A stretch of 64,000 nucleotides of DNA from an uncultured Lachnospiraceae bacterium (GCA_947175435.1 CAMWMS010000001.1:2851-66850); one strand, 5' to 3'. Positions 42,911 to 51,634 are shown, numbered from the stretch's first letter. Made by a program: numbers and translations. Notes: generated by a model not told the origin, from the letters alone.

Positions 42911-43282
42911 TCATTTGTCAAATTTTTTCAACCGTCCATTTTGGATGCCGTGTCTGAGTTTGGAGTCTGTGATTGTATGTAGAGTGGCGACATATAGATA
43001 ATTGTCTTTGGCATCCACCTTTATACCAACTTGCACATTCTCAGAAATGCATTTGACCAACTCAAAACTCATATCCGCCTCATTTGGATTAACACCTATA
43101 TAATCGGGAGAAGATATAATCTGAGGTATCATTTTAATATATTGCATACAGTCCGGGTGTCTTTTTAAAATATGCTTTTTTAATCCCTCTGATTGGTAGA
43201 TAGCGGAATATTTTATTTCATAAGGCAGATATGAGTTGAAATTCTCACTAAAGGTACCTACCGCAGTTAGCCGGTTATTCAT
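42911..43282 (-). CDS. PBECR (phage Barnase/EndoU/ColicinE5/RelE-fold)-like nuclease
   Basis: 123 aa; GLKKHILKRHP...IPQIISSPDYIGVNP...ELVK...YLYVATL pattern recognised by eye. Confidence 0.65.
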   Translation of the reverse strand: MNNRLTAVGTFSENFNSYLPYEIKYSAIYQSEGLKKHILKRHPDCMQYIKMIPQIISSPDYIGVNPNEADMSFELVKCISENVQVGIKVDAKDNYLYVATLHTITDSKLRHGIQNGRLKKFDK

Positions 43283-43360
43283 GTGTTTTCCTCTATATTT
43301 GTTTCATGCGTTTTGTATTGATATATTTAGTTGCGGATCATTTGTTTTGTGCGCCAGTGG

Positions 43361-44116
43361 TTATTCCTGCGAGGGTTCGGGTGTGGTAGTATCGGACTCA
43401 TGAGAATTATCATCACTCAGGTATGCTTCTACTGCGTTTTCTATTTCCTCTTTAGTCATTTTACCTTGAAACCATTCTTTTGGCTTACTGTATTTATCTG
43501 TTTCTGCAAGAGTTCCAGCATATTCAGCTACTTTTTTTCGGCCTTCATTGTTCAAAGGCTCACAAGTGCTTTTATACCATTCAACCCAATCTTGCAGTAG
43601 CTTGGAGCGCTCCATCATCCGATTGAGATATTCAATAACCTTTTTATATTCTGATTCTAAGATTTCTTCGCCAGATTCATATTTCTTGAGTATTTCCCTC
43701 GCTTCTGTATCTTCTTTTAGCCGTTCCAAAGCTTCTGGTGTCACTTCAATAGTAGCGTCATATTTATGAATATTACTTACCTTTTTCTTTTCGAGTTCTA
43801 TTTGACGTTCCTCTTGCAGTTTATTAAATTCTTCTTCTGAACTGGCAAATGAGTAAGAGTGGTCATAATCTATCTTTTCTGTCACTTTCTTATCATCAAA
43901 CATTCTATAATATTTTTTACTATCTTCATCAATAAGGTCTGTAATCTTACAATCAAGAGCAAGGCATAATTTAGATAAAGCATTTATTTTGGGATTATAT
44001 TTCCCCGCTTCATATTGTCTGATTGTAATTTCAGCAATACCAGCCTTTTCAGCAAGTTGCTTTTGAGTTAGGTGGTGTTGTTTTCTTAGTATCTTTATTT
44101 GCTCTCCGATAGCCAT
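43361..44116 (-). CDS. XRE/CI-like HTH master repressor
   Basis: IKILRKQHHLTQKQLAEKAGIAEITIRQYEAG; no S24 peptidase motif seen; likely start MAIGEQ. Confidence 0.88.
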   Translation of the reverse strand: MAIGEQIKILRKQHHLTQKQLAEKAGIAEITIRQYEAGKYNPKINALSKLCLALDCKITDLIDEDSKKYYRMFDDKKVTEKIDYDHSYSFASSEEEFNKLQEERQIELEKKKVSNIHKYDATIEVTPEALERLKEDTEAREILKKYESGEEILESEYKKVIEYLNRMMERSKLLQDWVEWYKSTCEPLNNEGRKKVAEYAGTLAETDKYSKPKEWFQGKMTKEEIENAVEAYLSDDNSHESDTTTPEPSQE

Positions 44117-44164
44117 TTTTATCACCTCATTCTGAATTATAGCATATGAAAGCAAAAAAAGAAT

Positions 44165-44266
44165 AGATGTATTTACATCTTTTTGTTGACATTCGTATTT
44201 CTTGGTGATACGATAATTTCAAAATAGATGTAAATACATCGTAATAGATGGAATAACATCTGTCAA
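44165..44266. promoter_or_regulatory. Genetic switch: three palindromic operators and two face-to-face promoters
   Basis: AGATG-N6-CATC(T/G) at 44165, 44226 and 44246; TTGACA-17-TACGAT on + (44186-44214) and on - (44266-44238). Confidence 0.75.
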
Positions 44267-44294
44267 ATATAAATTTATGAGAGAAGGTGAAAAT

Positions 44295-44489
44295 GTGAAA
44301 GCTAACAAAAAGAAACTGGAACTTGCAATGGCTACAGCATGTATGAACACAGAAGATATACAAAAGGCGTCTAACATGCCTCGACCTACGATTAACAATG
44401 TAATTTCTGGTCGTAGTGTAAGACCTGGAACTATTGGGAGAGTAGCAAAAGCTTTAGGAATTGATGTTGCAGAAATCATTGAAGATTAA
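44295..44489 (+). CDS. Cro-like HTH protein
   Basis: Small HTH divergent from the repressor (RPGTIGRVAKALGIDV). Confidence 0.8.
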   Translation: MKANKKKLELAMATACMNTEDIQKASNMPRPTINNVISGRSVRPGTIGRVAKALGIDVAEIIED

Positions 44490-44528
44490 AAAGCGCAGTG
44501 TTTCAGAGTAGAGAGGGGTGAGAAAGTA

Positions 44529-44732
44529 ATGTATTCATATAACAAGCTCAAGGGCAGAATAGTTGAACTGTACGGAACACAGGTGAATTTTGCAAAGAAA
44601 CTTGGCATATCCAAAAACTCAATTTCAAAGAAGCTGACCGGGAAAACGGAATTTTCGCAGTCTGATATAGAAAAGTGGGCGGTGCTTTTAGATATTGAAA
44701 GGGGCGAATATGAGGAGTATTTCTTCACATGA
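44529..44732 (+). CDS. Small phage HTH protein (DUF739-like)
   Basis: YNKLKGRIVELYGTQVNFAKKLG...YFF. Confidence 0.8.
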   Translation: MYSYNKLKGRIVELYGTQVNFAKKLGISKNSISKKLTGKTEFSQSDIEKWAVLLDIERGEYEEYFFT

Positions 44733-44789
44733 GAAGTATACAGTGAGTTTTGAAAAGCGGCACCCGAAAAACTCAGATGCCGCAACTGA

Positions 44790-44975
44790 TTAGGAAACTG
44801 CATGTGCAATTCCTTGGTCTGTCAATTTGAACTCGCCCAATACGTTTTCCTTGACAAGACCTATGGACGCAAGCTGTTTTCCAACTGGAGTATCAATGCG
44901 TTGCCAATCATTAACTCCTGTGCGTACATATTCGTCATAAAGACGTTTTAATGCTTTTGCAGCAAGATCAGTCAT
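44790..44975 (-). CDS. Hypothetical 61-aa protein, antisense to the early operon
   Basis: AAAGGAG RBS and its own upstream promoter motif. Confidence 0.6.
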   Translation of the reverse strand: MTDLAAKALKRLYDEYVRTGVNDWQRIDTPVGKQLASIGLVKENVLGEFKLTDQGIAHAVS

Positions 44976-45132
44976 TGTATGCGCTCCTTTCTTTTAAACT
45001 TGGCTCTGCACAGCCTGTAAGGAGATCATAACATCAAGTAACAAAAAAGTTGTACCATTTTAAACTTTAGAGTTGACAAGGTGTAATTTAATGTTGCATT
45101 TAGTTAATTTTATAAAAATTTGGAGGTAGATC

Positions 45133-45261
45133 ATGGGTGAAAAGCATTTTGACTGCACAACCTGCAGATACCGTTACCTACACTTTCCCAATATGGACGA
45201 TTTTGAAATCTCCATGCAGGAATGTTTGTGTGACGGTGAGGATTATGAGGAAGAACAATAG
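45133..45261 (+). CDS. 42-aa Cys-rich small protein (not in the ORF track)
   Basis: GGAGG RBS; MGEKHFDCTTCRYRY...ECLCDGEDYEEEQ. Confidence 0.6.
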   Translation: MGEKHFDCTTCRYRYLHFPNMDDFEISMQECLCDGEDYEEEQ

Positions 45262-45277
45262 AAAGGAGATGAAGTAG

Positions 45278-45529
45278 ATGCCCGTACCAAAGGACTCTAC
45301 GATGTTAAAGCCGGACAGCCGGAAAGTACTCATTGCAATGGCGGCGGCGGAAATGGAACCGAAAGACGTTTCTTCGGAGTCTGGGGTTCCGGTGAATATT
45401 ATTTATACAATCCGCCGGAGATTTTACACAAAACCAAAGTATTTGGGAGCGGTAGCGAGGGCTTTAAAGGTGAGTGTAGTAGATCTGATTGAGGATAAGG
45501 AGGTAGAAGTGAAGATTTGTGAAGAATGA
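45278..45529 (+). CDS. Cro-like HTH protein
   Basis: Resembles the 44295 ORF (IAMA...KPKYLGAVARALKVSVVDLIED). Confidence 0.7.
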   Translation: MPVPKDSTMLKPDSRKVLIAMAAAEMEPKDVSSESGVPVNIIYTIRRRFYTKPKYLGAVARALKVSVVDLIEDKEVEVKICEE

Positions 45530-46349
45530 AGATTCAGGATTTATAAAAATCCATAGAAAGATTCTTGAATGGCCATGGTACAAGGATATTAATACCTGCC
45601 GAGTTTTCATACATATGCTTCTTAAAGCGAACTGGAAGGAGGGAAGATTTCGGGATACAACGGTGCCGCGTGGTTCTTTTGTATCGTCGCTCGATAAGCT
45701 GTCGGAAGAAACGCTGCTTACAAAACGTGAAATAAGAACTGCAATTTCGCACCTAAAAACGACAGGCGAATTGACAGTCAAAACAACGAATCGATACAGC
45801 ATATTTACTGTAAAAAACTATGAGTTATATCAAAGTGACGACACACAGAGCGACATTAAAGCGACAAGCAGACGACACTCCAATGACACTCTAACGACAC
45901 TAATAAAAGAAAAGATAAGAAAGGAAAAAGAATTAAATAATATCACTAAAGATGATATTATTTGCCCGGAGCCGGAAGAATCCGCTCCGAACCTAAGCGG
46001 CATATTGTTGCCGTTGAATGACAAATCATTTTATGATGTGCCATTAGACAAGATCGCCCTGTGGAAAAGTACATATCTGGCGGTAGATGTTGAACAGGAA
46101 TTAAGGCGTATGATTGCGTGGCTTGATTCGAACCCGACTAAGCGTAAGACCAGAAGAGGCATTGAGAGATTTATCAATAACTGGCTGGCTAGGACGCAGG
46201 ACAGCGGCGGCAGCAAAGGACAGAAGGGGGTGAATGAGTCAGTTGGAAACAACGCATATGATACAGACGCAAGACGGGAGCAGCTTGCGCGGGCGTTTGC
46301 TGAAGCAGGAGACCGTTTCGGTGAAAGAGATGATGTACCTTTTAAGTGA
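45519..46349 (+). CDS. Phage replication initiator (replisome organiser-like)
   Basis: GFIKIHRKILEWPWY...HMLLKANW...PRGSFVSS...LSEET winged-helix N-terminus; internal iterons; followed by a helicase loader. Confidence 0.82.
   Translation: MKNEDSGFIKIHRKILEWPWYKDINTCRVFIHMLLKANWKEGRFRDTTVPRGSFVSSLDKLSEETLLTKREIRTAISHLKTTGELTVKTTNRYSIFTVKNYELYQSDDTQSDIKATSRRHSNDTLTTLIKEKIRKEKELNNITKDDIICPEPEESAPNLSGILLPLNDKSFYDVPLDKIALWKSTYLAVDVEQELRRMIAWLDSNPTKRKTRRGIERFINNWLARTQDSGGSKGQKGVNESVGNNAYDTDARREQLARAFAEAGDRFGERDDVPFK
45838..45901 (+). repeat. Putative origin iterons
   Basis: GACA cores at 45840, 45852, 45863, 45874, 45885 and 45896, followed by an A-rich tract. Confidence 0.7.
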
Positions 46350-47031
46350 GTATGACATCGAGGATTATGGCGAGGCGGTATTCTCCGATACACCTAAAGC
46401 GCAGAATGGGGAGTTTAGAAGCTGTCGGTCGATGATCCCGTTTGAACATCTTGATAAGACTGCAAAAGACTTTGACTGGAATATTTACGGGAGCGGTTCT
46501 TTGGAGATGGAGCGTAAGCTGACCAATGCCTTTGTGCTGAATTTCCAAAAGTTCAGGAAGGAGGGAAAGGGAATATACATCTATTCAAGCACAAAAGGAA
46601 CCGGTAAAACCTATCTGTCTTACTGCCTGGCAAATGAGGTTATGGGAAGGTATGACGTAAATGTGAAATTCACCAGCATACTTGAATACTTAGACCTTAC
46701 GAAGAAGGGCTATAGCAGCATGACAGACAAGGAGGAGAAAGACGGAATTGTGAAGGCTACTGTCTTGATTCTGGACGATATAGGGGTGGAAGTTAGCCGG
46801 GAATGGGTAAATACCACGCTGTATCAGCTGATCAATTACAGATACGCCAATAAGTTGATCACCATTATCACAAGTAATTATCCCGTTGAACAGCTAAAGG
46901 TCGACGACAGGATCAAGGACCGGATCAATGCCATGTGTCTGCCGCTCCATATCCCGGAAGTATCTATTCGTGCAATGGAAACGGATAGAGCAAACAGTGA
47001 GTTTATTCATGAAGTATTTGGAACAAAATAA
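46330..47031 (+). CDS. DnaC/IstB-like AAA+ helicase loader
   Basis: STKGTGKT, LILDDIG, IITSN, RIKDRI. Confidence 0.88.
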   Translation: MMYLLSEYDIEDYGEAVFSDTPKAQNGEFRSCRSMIPFEHLDKTAKDFDWNIYGSGSLEMERKLTNAFVLNFQKFRKEGKGIYIYSSTKGTGKTYLSYCLANEVMGRYDVNVKFTSILEYLDLTKKGYSSMTDKEEKDGIVKATVLILDDIGVEVSREWVNTTLYQLINYRYANKLITIITSNYPVEQLKVDDRIKDRINAMCLPLHIPEVSIRAMETDRANSEFIHEVFGTK

Positions 47032-47097
47032 CAGCCCGTACCAGAGAGGCAACTCTGATAAGGGCAAGTAACCCGACAAACTAGCAAATGAGGGTAT
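47025..47097 (-). ncRNA. Putative antisense sRNA to the leader of ORF 47148
   Basis: Minus-strand TTTACA(47132)-17-TATAAT(47109) with extended TG, then hairpin GCCCTTATCAGAG...CTCTGGTACGGGC and a U-rich run. Confidence 0.5.
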
Positions 47098-47147
47098 GTA
47101 TGAATTATAACACGCCTGATACCCTCTGTAAAGAAAGGAGCTAAAAA

Positions 47148-47615
47148 GTGATAAATGAAGTATTAAACAAGGATGCAGCAGTAGAGCTTTTTGAGAGAGA
47201 AGCTATATTAATGGGGGAAAATAATGTTGTTCCGTTCTATCGGGCAGTGGAGCTCTTCGGAGAAGAGGCAGCGATATTTTTTGATAGAAATATGGGATAC
47301 GGAAATTATTTAAAATTTGGCGGTGATTATAGCGGATGGGGAGCGTGCAGTATAGAGCGTCCCTTTACGAGTTATCTTTATAAGGCCGGATTTCTGAAAC
47401 TGGTAACGGAACACAACTATTTGCGTATCATAAAGGCCCATAAGGAAAGTGAAGCTGGAAACATCCTTGACAGGTATGAGGAGGAACGTAGCCGCAGGAT
47501 AGATGAGCGGGACGCAGAAGAAGAACGCAAGAGAGCAGAACGCAAGGCGAAACGTGCAGCAGCTAAAGCGGCCAGAGAAGCGGCCAAGAAAGAGCAGGAG
47601 GAGCAACTATCATGA
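47148..47615 (+). CDS. Hypothetical protein with charged Ala/Lys/Arg-rich C-terminal helix
   Basis: AAAGGAG RBS, GTG start. Confidence 0.7.
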   Translation: MINEVLNKDAAVELFEREAILMGENNVVPFYRAVELFGEEAAIFFDRNMGYGNYLKFGGDYSGWGACSIERPFTSYLYKAGFLKLVTEHNYLRIIKAHKESEAGNILDRYEEERSRRIDERDAEEERKRAERKAKRAAAKAAREAAKKEQEEQLS

Positions 47616-47824
47616 ATAAGAATAATTTGGAGGAAATTGTATTCAAATATGAACGTTTGCAATCACTTATCGGAGTTATACAGTTGTTAGTTGCGGAAGT
47701 GGTGGAGATTTCGGGCGCACCTGATGACTGTCTGACTAATGCCCTATATGAAGTTGAGATAGAAATGAAAAAGAACAACGAAACATTAAGGGAAGTTATT
47801 CAGCAGAAAGGCGGTGTGAAGTAA
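47612..47824 (+). CDS. Hypothetical phage protein
   Basis: Translationally coupled (ATGA overlap). Confidence 0.7.
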   Translation: MNKNNLEEIVFKYERLQSLIGVIQLLVAEVVEISGAPDDCLTNALYEVEIEMKKNNETLREVIQQKGGVK

Positions 47825-48030
47825 TGCAGGATATGAAAGATCCATTCCAGTTATCAACGGAAATTGAGGGAGTGGCAATGGTAATAGCTGGACTTGGAAA
47901 CCAGTTAGACAGTAACAAAGCAGATATATTAAACCCCTCTGCTATGAAAAGTGCGCTGTATGGTGTGCAAATTCATTTAGAGCGCATAGCGGAGGATTTG
48001 GAGAAAGCGGAGAAAGGAGGGGCGGTATGA
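47824..48030 (+). CDS. Hypothetical phage protein
   Basis: Coupled (TAATG overlap). Confidence 0.7.
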   Translation: MQDMKDPFQLSTEIEGVAMVIAGLGNQLDSNKADILNPSAMKSALYGVQIHLERIAEDLEKAEKGGAV

Positions 48031-48143
48031 ATTATAAAGAACTGATTGACGAGTATCTGGACAAAATCGACGATGAAAGATTTTTGAGGGCTATTTATAT
48101 ATCAGTCCGTGATTACGTGGACGAGAAAGGTGATGAAGCATGA
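48027..48143 (+). CDS. 38-aa hypothetical protein (not in the ORF track)
   Basis: AAAGGAGG RBS, ATGA overlap; MNYKELIDEYLDKIDDERFLRAIYISVRDY... Confidence 0.6.
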   Translation: MNYKELIDEYLDKIDDERFLRAIYISVRDYVDEKGDEA

Positions 48144-48186
48144 AAAGAGAATATTTACTTTATGGGAACAGCGGGGAGGTAGGGTT

Positions 48187-48357
48187 ATGAATGTAAGAAC
48201 TTTTGTCGGCGGGAGGGGAGAGGATCACTTTAAAGAGATTGACCTTGACAATTTCAACGGTGTTTTGACCATGGAAATGTCGGGGAACTCTATAAGAGTG
48301 AAACATCTTGAATTTAAAAGAAAGGAGGATGTGGATGTACATACACGGGTTTATTGA
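48187..48357 (+). CDS. Hypothetical phage protein
   Basis: GGAGG RBS before MNVRTFVGG. Confidence 0.55.
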   Translation: MNVRTFVGGRGEDHFKEIDLDNFNGVLTMEMSGNSIRVKHLEFKRKEDVDVHTRVY

Positions 48358-48439
48358 CGGAGCACTGGTTGTGATCGTGGTAGAAGTGGTTGCGCTGGTA
48401 GTAACAGCGGCAGTTTACACAAAGAAGAAAGGTAAATAG
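48335..48439 (+). CDS. 34-aa single-TM peptide (not in the ORF track)
   Basis: AAAGGAGG RBS; MYIHGFIDGALVVIVVEVVALVVTAAVYTKKKGK. Confidence 0.6.
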   Translation: MYIHGFIDGALVVIVVEVVALVVTAAVYTKKKGK

Positions 48440-48501
48440 CAGTTGGCGGGCGGCGGCAATGTCTGCTGCCCGTTTCGACGTGCTGTGGCTTTTATGCCGT
48501 T

Positions 48502-48539
48502 AAAAATGGTACAACTTGTTCTATGAAATATCAGATAAT
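48502..48539 (+). promoter_or_regulatory. Element-specific (late) promoter motif upstream of terS
   Basis: AAAAATGGTACAAC-N10-AAATATCAGATAAT, repeated at 51635-51672. Confidence 0.7.
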
Positions 48540-48581
48540 GGTATATAGGAGAGAAAGAAAAGGACTTGCGGGGTGATACTG

Positions 48582-49055
48582 ATGGCAAAAAGCACAATAG
48601 TAGAATGGACAGAACCGGACAAGCTCCTGTTATTGGAAGCATGGGCGAGGGATGGGCTGACAGACGAACAGATTGCTGGAAACATGGGCATTACTGTCAG
48701 GTCACTCTATAACTGGAAAAGGAAGAGCGTTCCGATTTTTCAGTCCCTAAAAATCGGGAAAGAGGTTGCGGATATCGAAGTAGAGAATGCACTTCGTAAG
48801 AAAGCCCTTGGATTCCGCGAGACGGAACAGACAGTTTCTACACGTAAAACGGTTGAATATGAGAATGGCAAACGGGTAAGAGAAGTTACAGAGCCAGTTG
48901 TGACCGAAGTAGAAAAGTATTACCCGCCGGATACTACGGCGCAGATATTCTGGCTTAAGAACCGGAAACCGGAGCAGTGGAGAGACAAGCAGGAGCAGAA
49001 GGTAGATTTAACGGAGGCGGTGAAGATCGTTGACAGTATCGGAGACAGTGATTGA
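48582..49055 (+). CDS. terS: Terminase small subunit
   Basis: WARDGLTDEQIAGNMGI HTH and PPDTTAQIFWLKNRKPEQWRDK; directly upstream of terL. Confidence 0.82.
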   Translation: MAKSTIVEWTEPDKLLLLEAWARDGLTDEQIAGNMGITVRSLYNWKRKSVPIFQSLKIGKEVADIEVENALRKKALGFRETEQTVSTRKTVEYENGKRVREVTEPVVTEVEKYYPPDTTAQIFWLKNRKPEQWRDKQEQKVDLTEAVKIVDSIGDSD

Positions 49056-50280
49056 CTTCGGAAAATTGATAGTTCCGGCGTTCTATCCAGTCCATAGGGA
49101 CATTGTGAAGGGCGGGCATACATATTATGACTTGTACGGCGGCAGAGGAGGCTTAAAGTCCTCGTTTATATCGTTAGAGATCATTCTCGGGATGATGAAG
49201 GATGAACAGGCAAATGCTGCCATATTCCGCAAATATGCGGTGACGCTTCGGGAATCAGTCTATGAACAGATACTTTGGGCGATTGATGTATTAGGTGTTT
49301 CCCATCTGTGGGATGTGGGAGTGAGTCCCATGCAGTGCACTTATAGACCTACAGGACAAAAGATTATCTTTCGAGGGCTTGATAAGGCAAAGAAAACGAA
49401 ATGCCTGAAAGCCAGCCATGGATATTTCAAGTACCTCTGGTTTGAAGAACTTGACGAATTTCAGGGATCAGAGGAAATCAGAACCGTACAGCAGTCTGTA
49501 CTTCGTGGCGGTGAGAAGTTCGTAGTATTCAAGAGCTTCAACCCGCCGATCAGTATCAGTAATTGGGCAAATCAGTATGTAAATGAGCCTCGTAGTGACA
49601 GCTATCGGCATAAGAGCAGTTATTTGGACGCGCCACCAGAATGGTTAGGACAACAATTCATAGACGACGCGGAACATCTAAAAGAAGTCAATGAGAGAGC
49701 ATACCAGCACGAATATTTAGGTGACCCAGTCGGCACAGGTGGACAGGTATTTGAATTTTTGGAGATACGGACAATTACGGATGAAGAGATGATGCAGTTT
49801 GACCGTATTTATCAGGGAATAGATTTCGGCTGGATGCCTGACCCGATGGCATTTATCAGATGTTCATTCAGGCCAAACCATGAAAAGGTGTATCTTTTGG
49901 ATGAGTTTGTCGGCAGGAAGATTAGTAATGAGGATCTGGCAAAAGAGATTAAGCGGCGGCGGTATAATGATTACTACATTATGTGCGACTCTGCGGAGCC
50001 TAAGTCGATATCTGACTTGATACGGATGGATGTCTGGGCGCATTCGGTCAGTAAGAAACCGGGTAGCGTGGAATATGGCATGAAATGGTTGCAGAGAAGG
50101 ACTATCGTTATTGACCCGGAGAGAACGCCCTGTGCATACAAAGAAATCATAGAATACGAGTATGATCGGGACAAGGACGGGAATTTTCTGTCGGGCTATC
50201 CAGATAAAAACAATCACTGTATCGATGCACTCAGATATGCCCTATATCGAGCCATCTTCTCATGGGAGACCAAAGCATAG
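49030..50280 (+). CDS. terL: PBSX-family terminase large subunit
   Basis: Walker A YGGRGGLKS, Walker B WFEELDE, KSFNP, nuclease motifs GIDFG, CDSAEP and NHCIDALRY. Confidence 0.93.
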   Translation: MTVSETVIDFGKLIVPAFYPVHRDIVKGGHTYYDLYGGRGGLKSSFISLEIILGMMKDEQANAAIFRKYAVTLRESVYEQILWAIDVLGVSHLWDVGVSPMQCTYRPTGQKIIFRGLDKAKKTKCLKASHGYFKYLWFEELDEFQGSEEIRTVQQSVLRGGEKFVVFKSFNPPISISNWANQYVNEPRSDSYRHKSSYLDAPPEWLGQQFIDDAEHLKEVNERAYQHEYLGDPVGTGGQVFEFLEIRTITDEEMMQFDRIYQGIDFGWMPDPMAFIRCSFRPNHEKVYLLDEFVGRKISNEDLAKEIKRRRYNDYYIMCDSAEPKSISDLIRMDVWAHSVSKKPGSVEYGMKWLQRRTIVIDPERTPCAYKEIIEYEYDRDKDGNFLSGYPDKNNHCIDALRYALYRAIFSWETKA

Positions 50281-50303
50281 CAGGAAGGAGAAGTATACAG
50301 AGT

Positions 50304-50576
50304 ATGGATTATTTGAAAGTACATTGTTTTCACTGTAAAGGAGATTTTGAGCTGTACAATCGCAACATGAATTACGATGACAAACCACCGAGGTGCCCGC
50401 ATTGTCTGAAAATGATGAATAAGACACAGTGGGAGCGGCTGATAAATGCTTATTATACATTTGCGGAGGTCAATAAGAATTTCAGGAAATATCACGATGA
50501 CAGGGGAGAAGCGCTGTTTCAGGTGGAACTTAGGAGCTATTATGTGAAGCCGGAAAAGATCGTGATAGATGATTAA
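50304..50576 (+). CDS. Zinc-ribbon protein
   Basis: CFHC...CPHC. Confidence 0.65.
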   Translation: MDYLKVHCFHCKGDFELYNRNMNYDDKPPRCPHCLKMMNKTQWERLINAYYTFAEVNKNFRKYHDDRGEALFQVELRSYYVKPEKIVIDD

Positions 50577-50599
50577 GGAAGATGGAGGAATAAACGATT

Positions 50600-51544
50600 A
50601 TGAATAAGCTTGTATGTGGCATGGTGGTAGATGAAGATATATATGATAAATACAATTGGGACAAAAAAACAGGCATGCGTAGAAAGTATACACTCGGAGG
50701 ACAGGAACGTTCTCTTGATATAGTGGAGTTTTATTCGATGACAGAAAGTTGTAAAGTTTTTTATCCAGAAATGGTAGCGGATGCAAAAAAGATAGCAGAA
50801 CAGATACAAAAAGAGATCAGAGAATATTATGCAGCCAAAGAGGGCAGGAAGGAGAATACAGCTATGAAACACGATACATTCGACGAATATTTAAAGGATT
50901 TGCAGGAGATTCATGCCAAGGCGGCTCCGGAGAGAATGGAGCTTAAGCAGAAGTGGGACGCAGCGCAGAAACGTTGGCAGGAAGACCAGAGGGAGTTTAA
51001 AGGTGATGAGCATTATCTTGCAAGGGAAAAAGTGCGGTATCTGGATGCACAGGAGGAGTACAAGAACAGAGTCCAAGATCTGCAGCGGAGAACGCGGGAG
51101 GAGATTCAGGCAGTGCAGACCGAGTATGAGAAGCATGTGACGGATTTCTATTCGGCGAACGGGAATCGGCTGGATGATGGCGTGGTACGGCTTTTAAATT
51201 CCGGCATTAAGCTGACTGACGCGGAGATTGACGGCATGGTAGATCAGAATAGGAGCAACCCGACCATGTTACGGCTGATTTCCGATCACTGTGAAAAGCA
51301 GGGAATAGAGAACCAGAATGCCAGAGTATTCGGGAGCCTTGCCCGAAAAGCCGGTTCAGACGAAAGAGAGGCGTTTAAGACGATTGCTGACATGGTTGAA
51401 AAAGCAGTCAGCGAGAATGAAACAACATCGGATGTGTGGGCAAAGGCGGACTCACATTTTCAGAGACTTAGCGACCAGCAAATAGGAGCTATGAGTGCAT
51501 TTTGGGTGCGACCAGAAGCGTCTCAGACTCAGTCAGTAGAATAA
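50600..51544 (+). CDS. Coiled-coil hypothetical protein with possible internal start at 50864
   Basis: GGAGG RBS; second AAGGAG RBS before MKHDTF; hairpin terminator at ~51555-51595. Confidence 0.75.
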   Translation: MNKLVCGMVVDEDIYDKYNWDKKTGMRRKYTLGGQERSLDIVEFYSMTESCKVFYPEMVADAKKIAEQIQKEIREYYAAKEGRKENTAMKHDTFDEYLKDLQEIHAKAAPERMELKQKWDAAQKRWQEDQREFKGDEHYLAREKVRYLDAQEEYKNRVQDLQRRTREEIQAVQTEYEKHVTDFYSANGNRLDDGVVRLLNSGIKLTDAEIDGMVDQNRSNPTMLRLISDHCEKQGIENQNARVFGSLARKAGSDEREAFKTIADMVEKAVSENETTSDVWAKADSHFQRLSDQQIGAMSAFWVRPEASQTQSVE

Positions 51545-51634
51545 ATATAGTGGGAGACGGTGCAGAAATCTGAGATGGTAACTGCGCCGTTTTTGCGTTG
51601 TCTGTCATATTTATCCGAGGTGAAGTGTCCTGCA

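Noticed and set aside
42526-43001. Plus-strand ORFs 42526-42867 and 42732-43001
   Set aside because: They lack an RBS or protein-like features and overlap the better-supported minus-strand toxin, structured RNA and nuclease gene.
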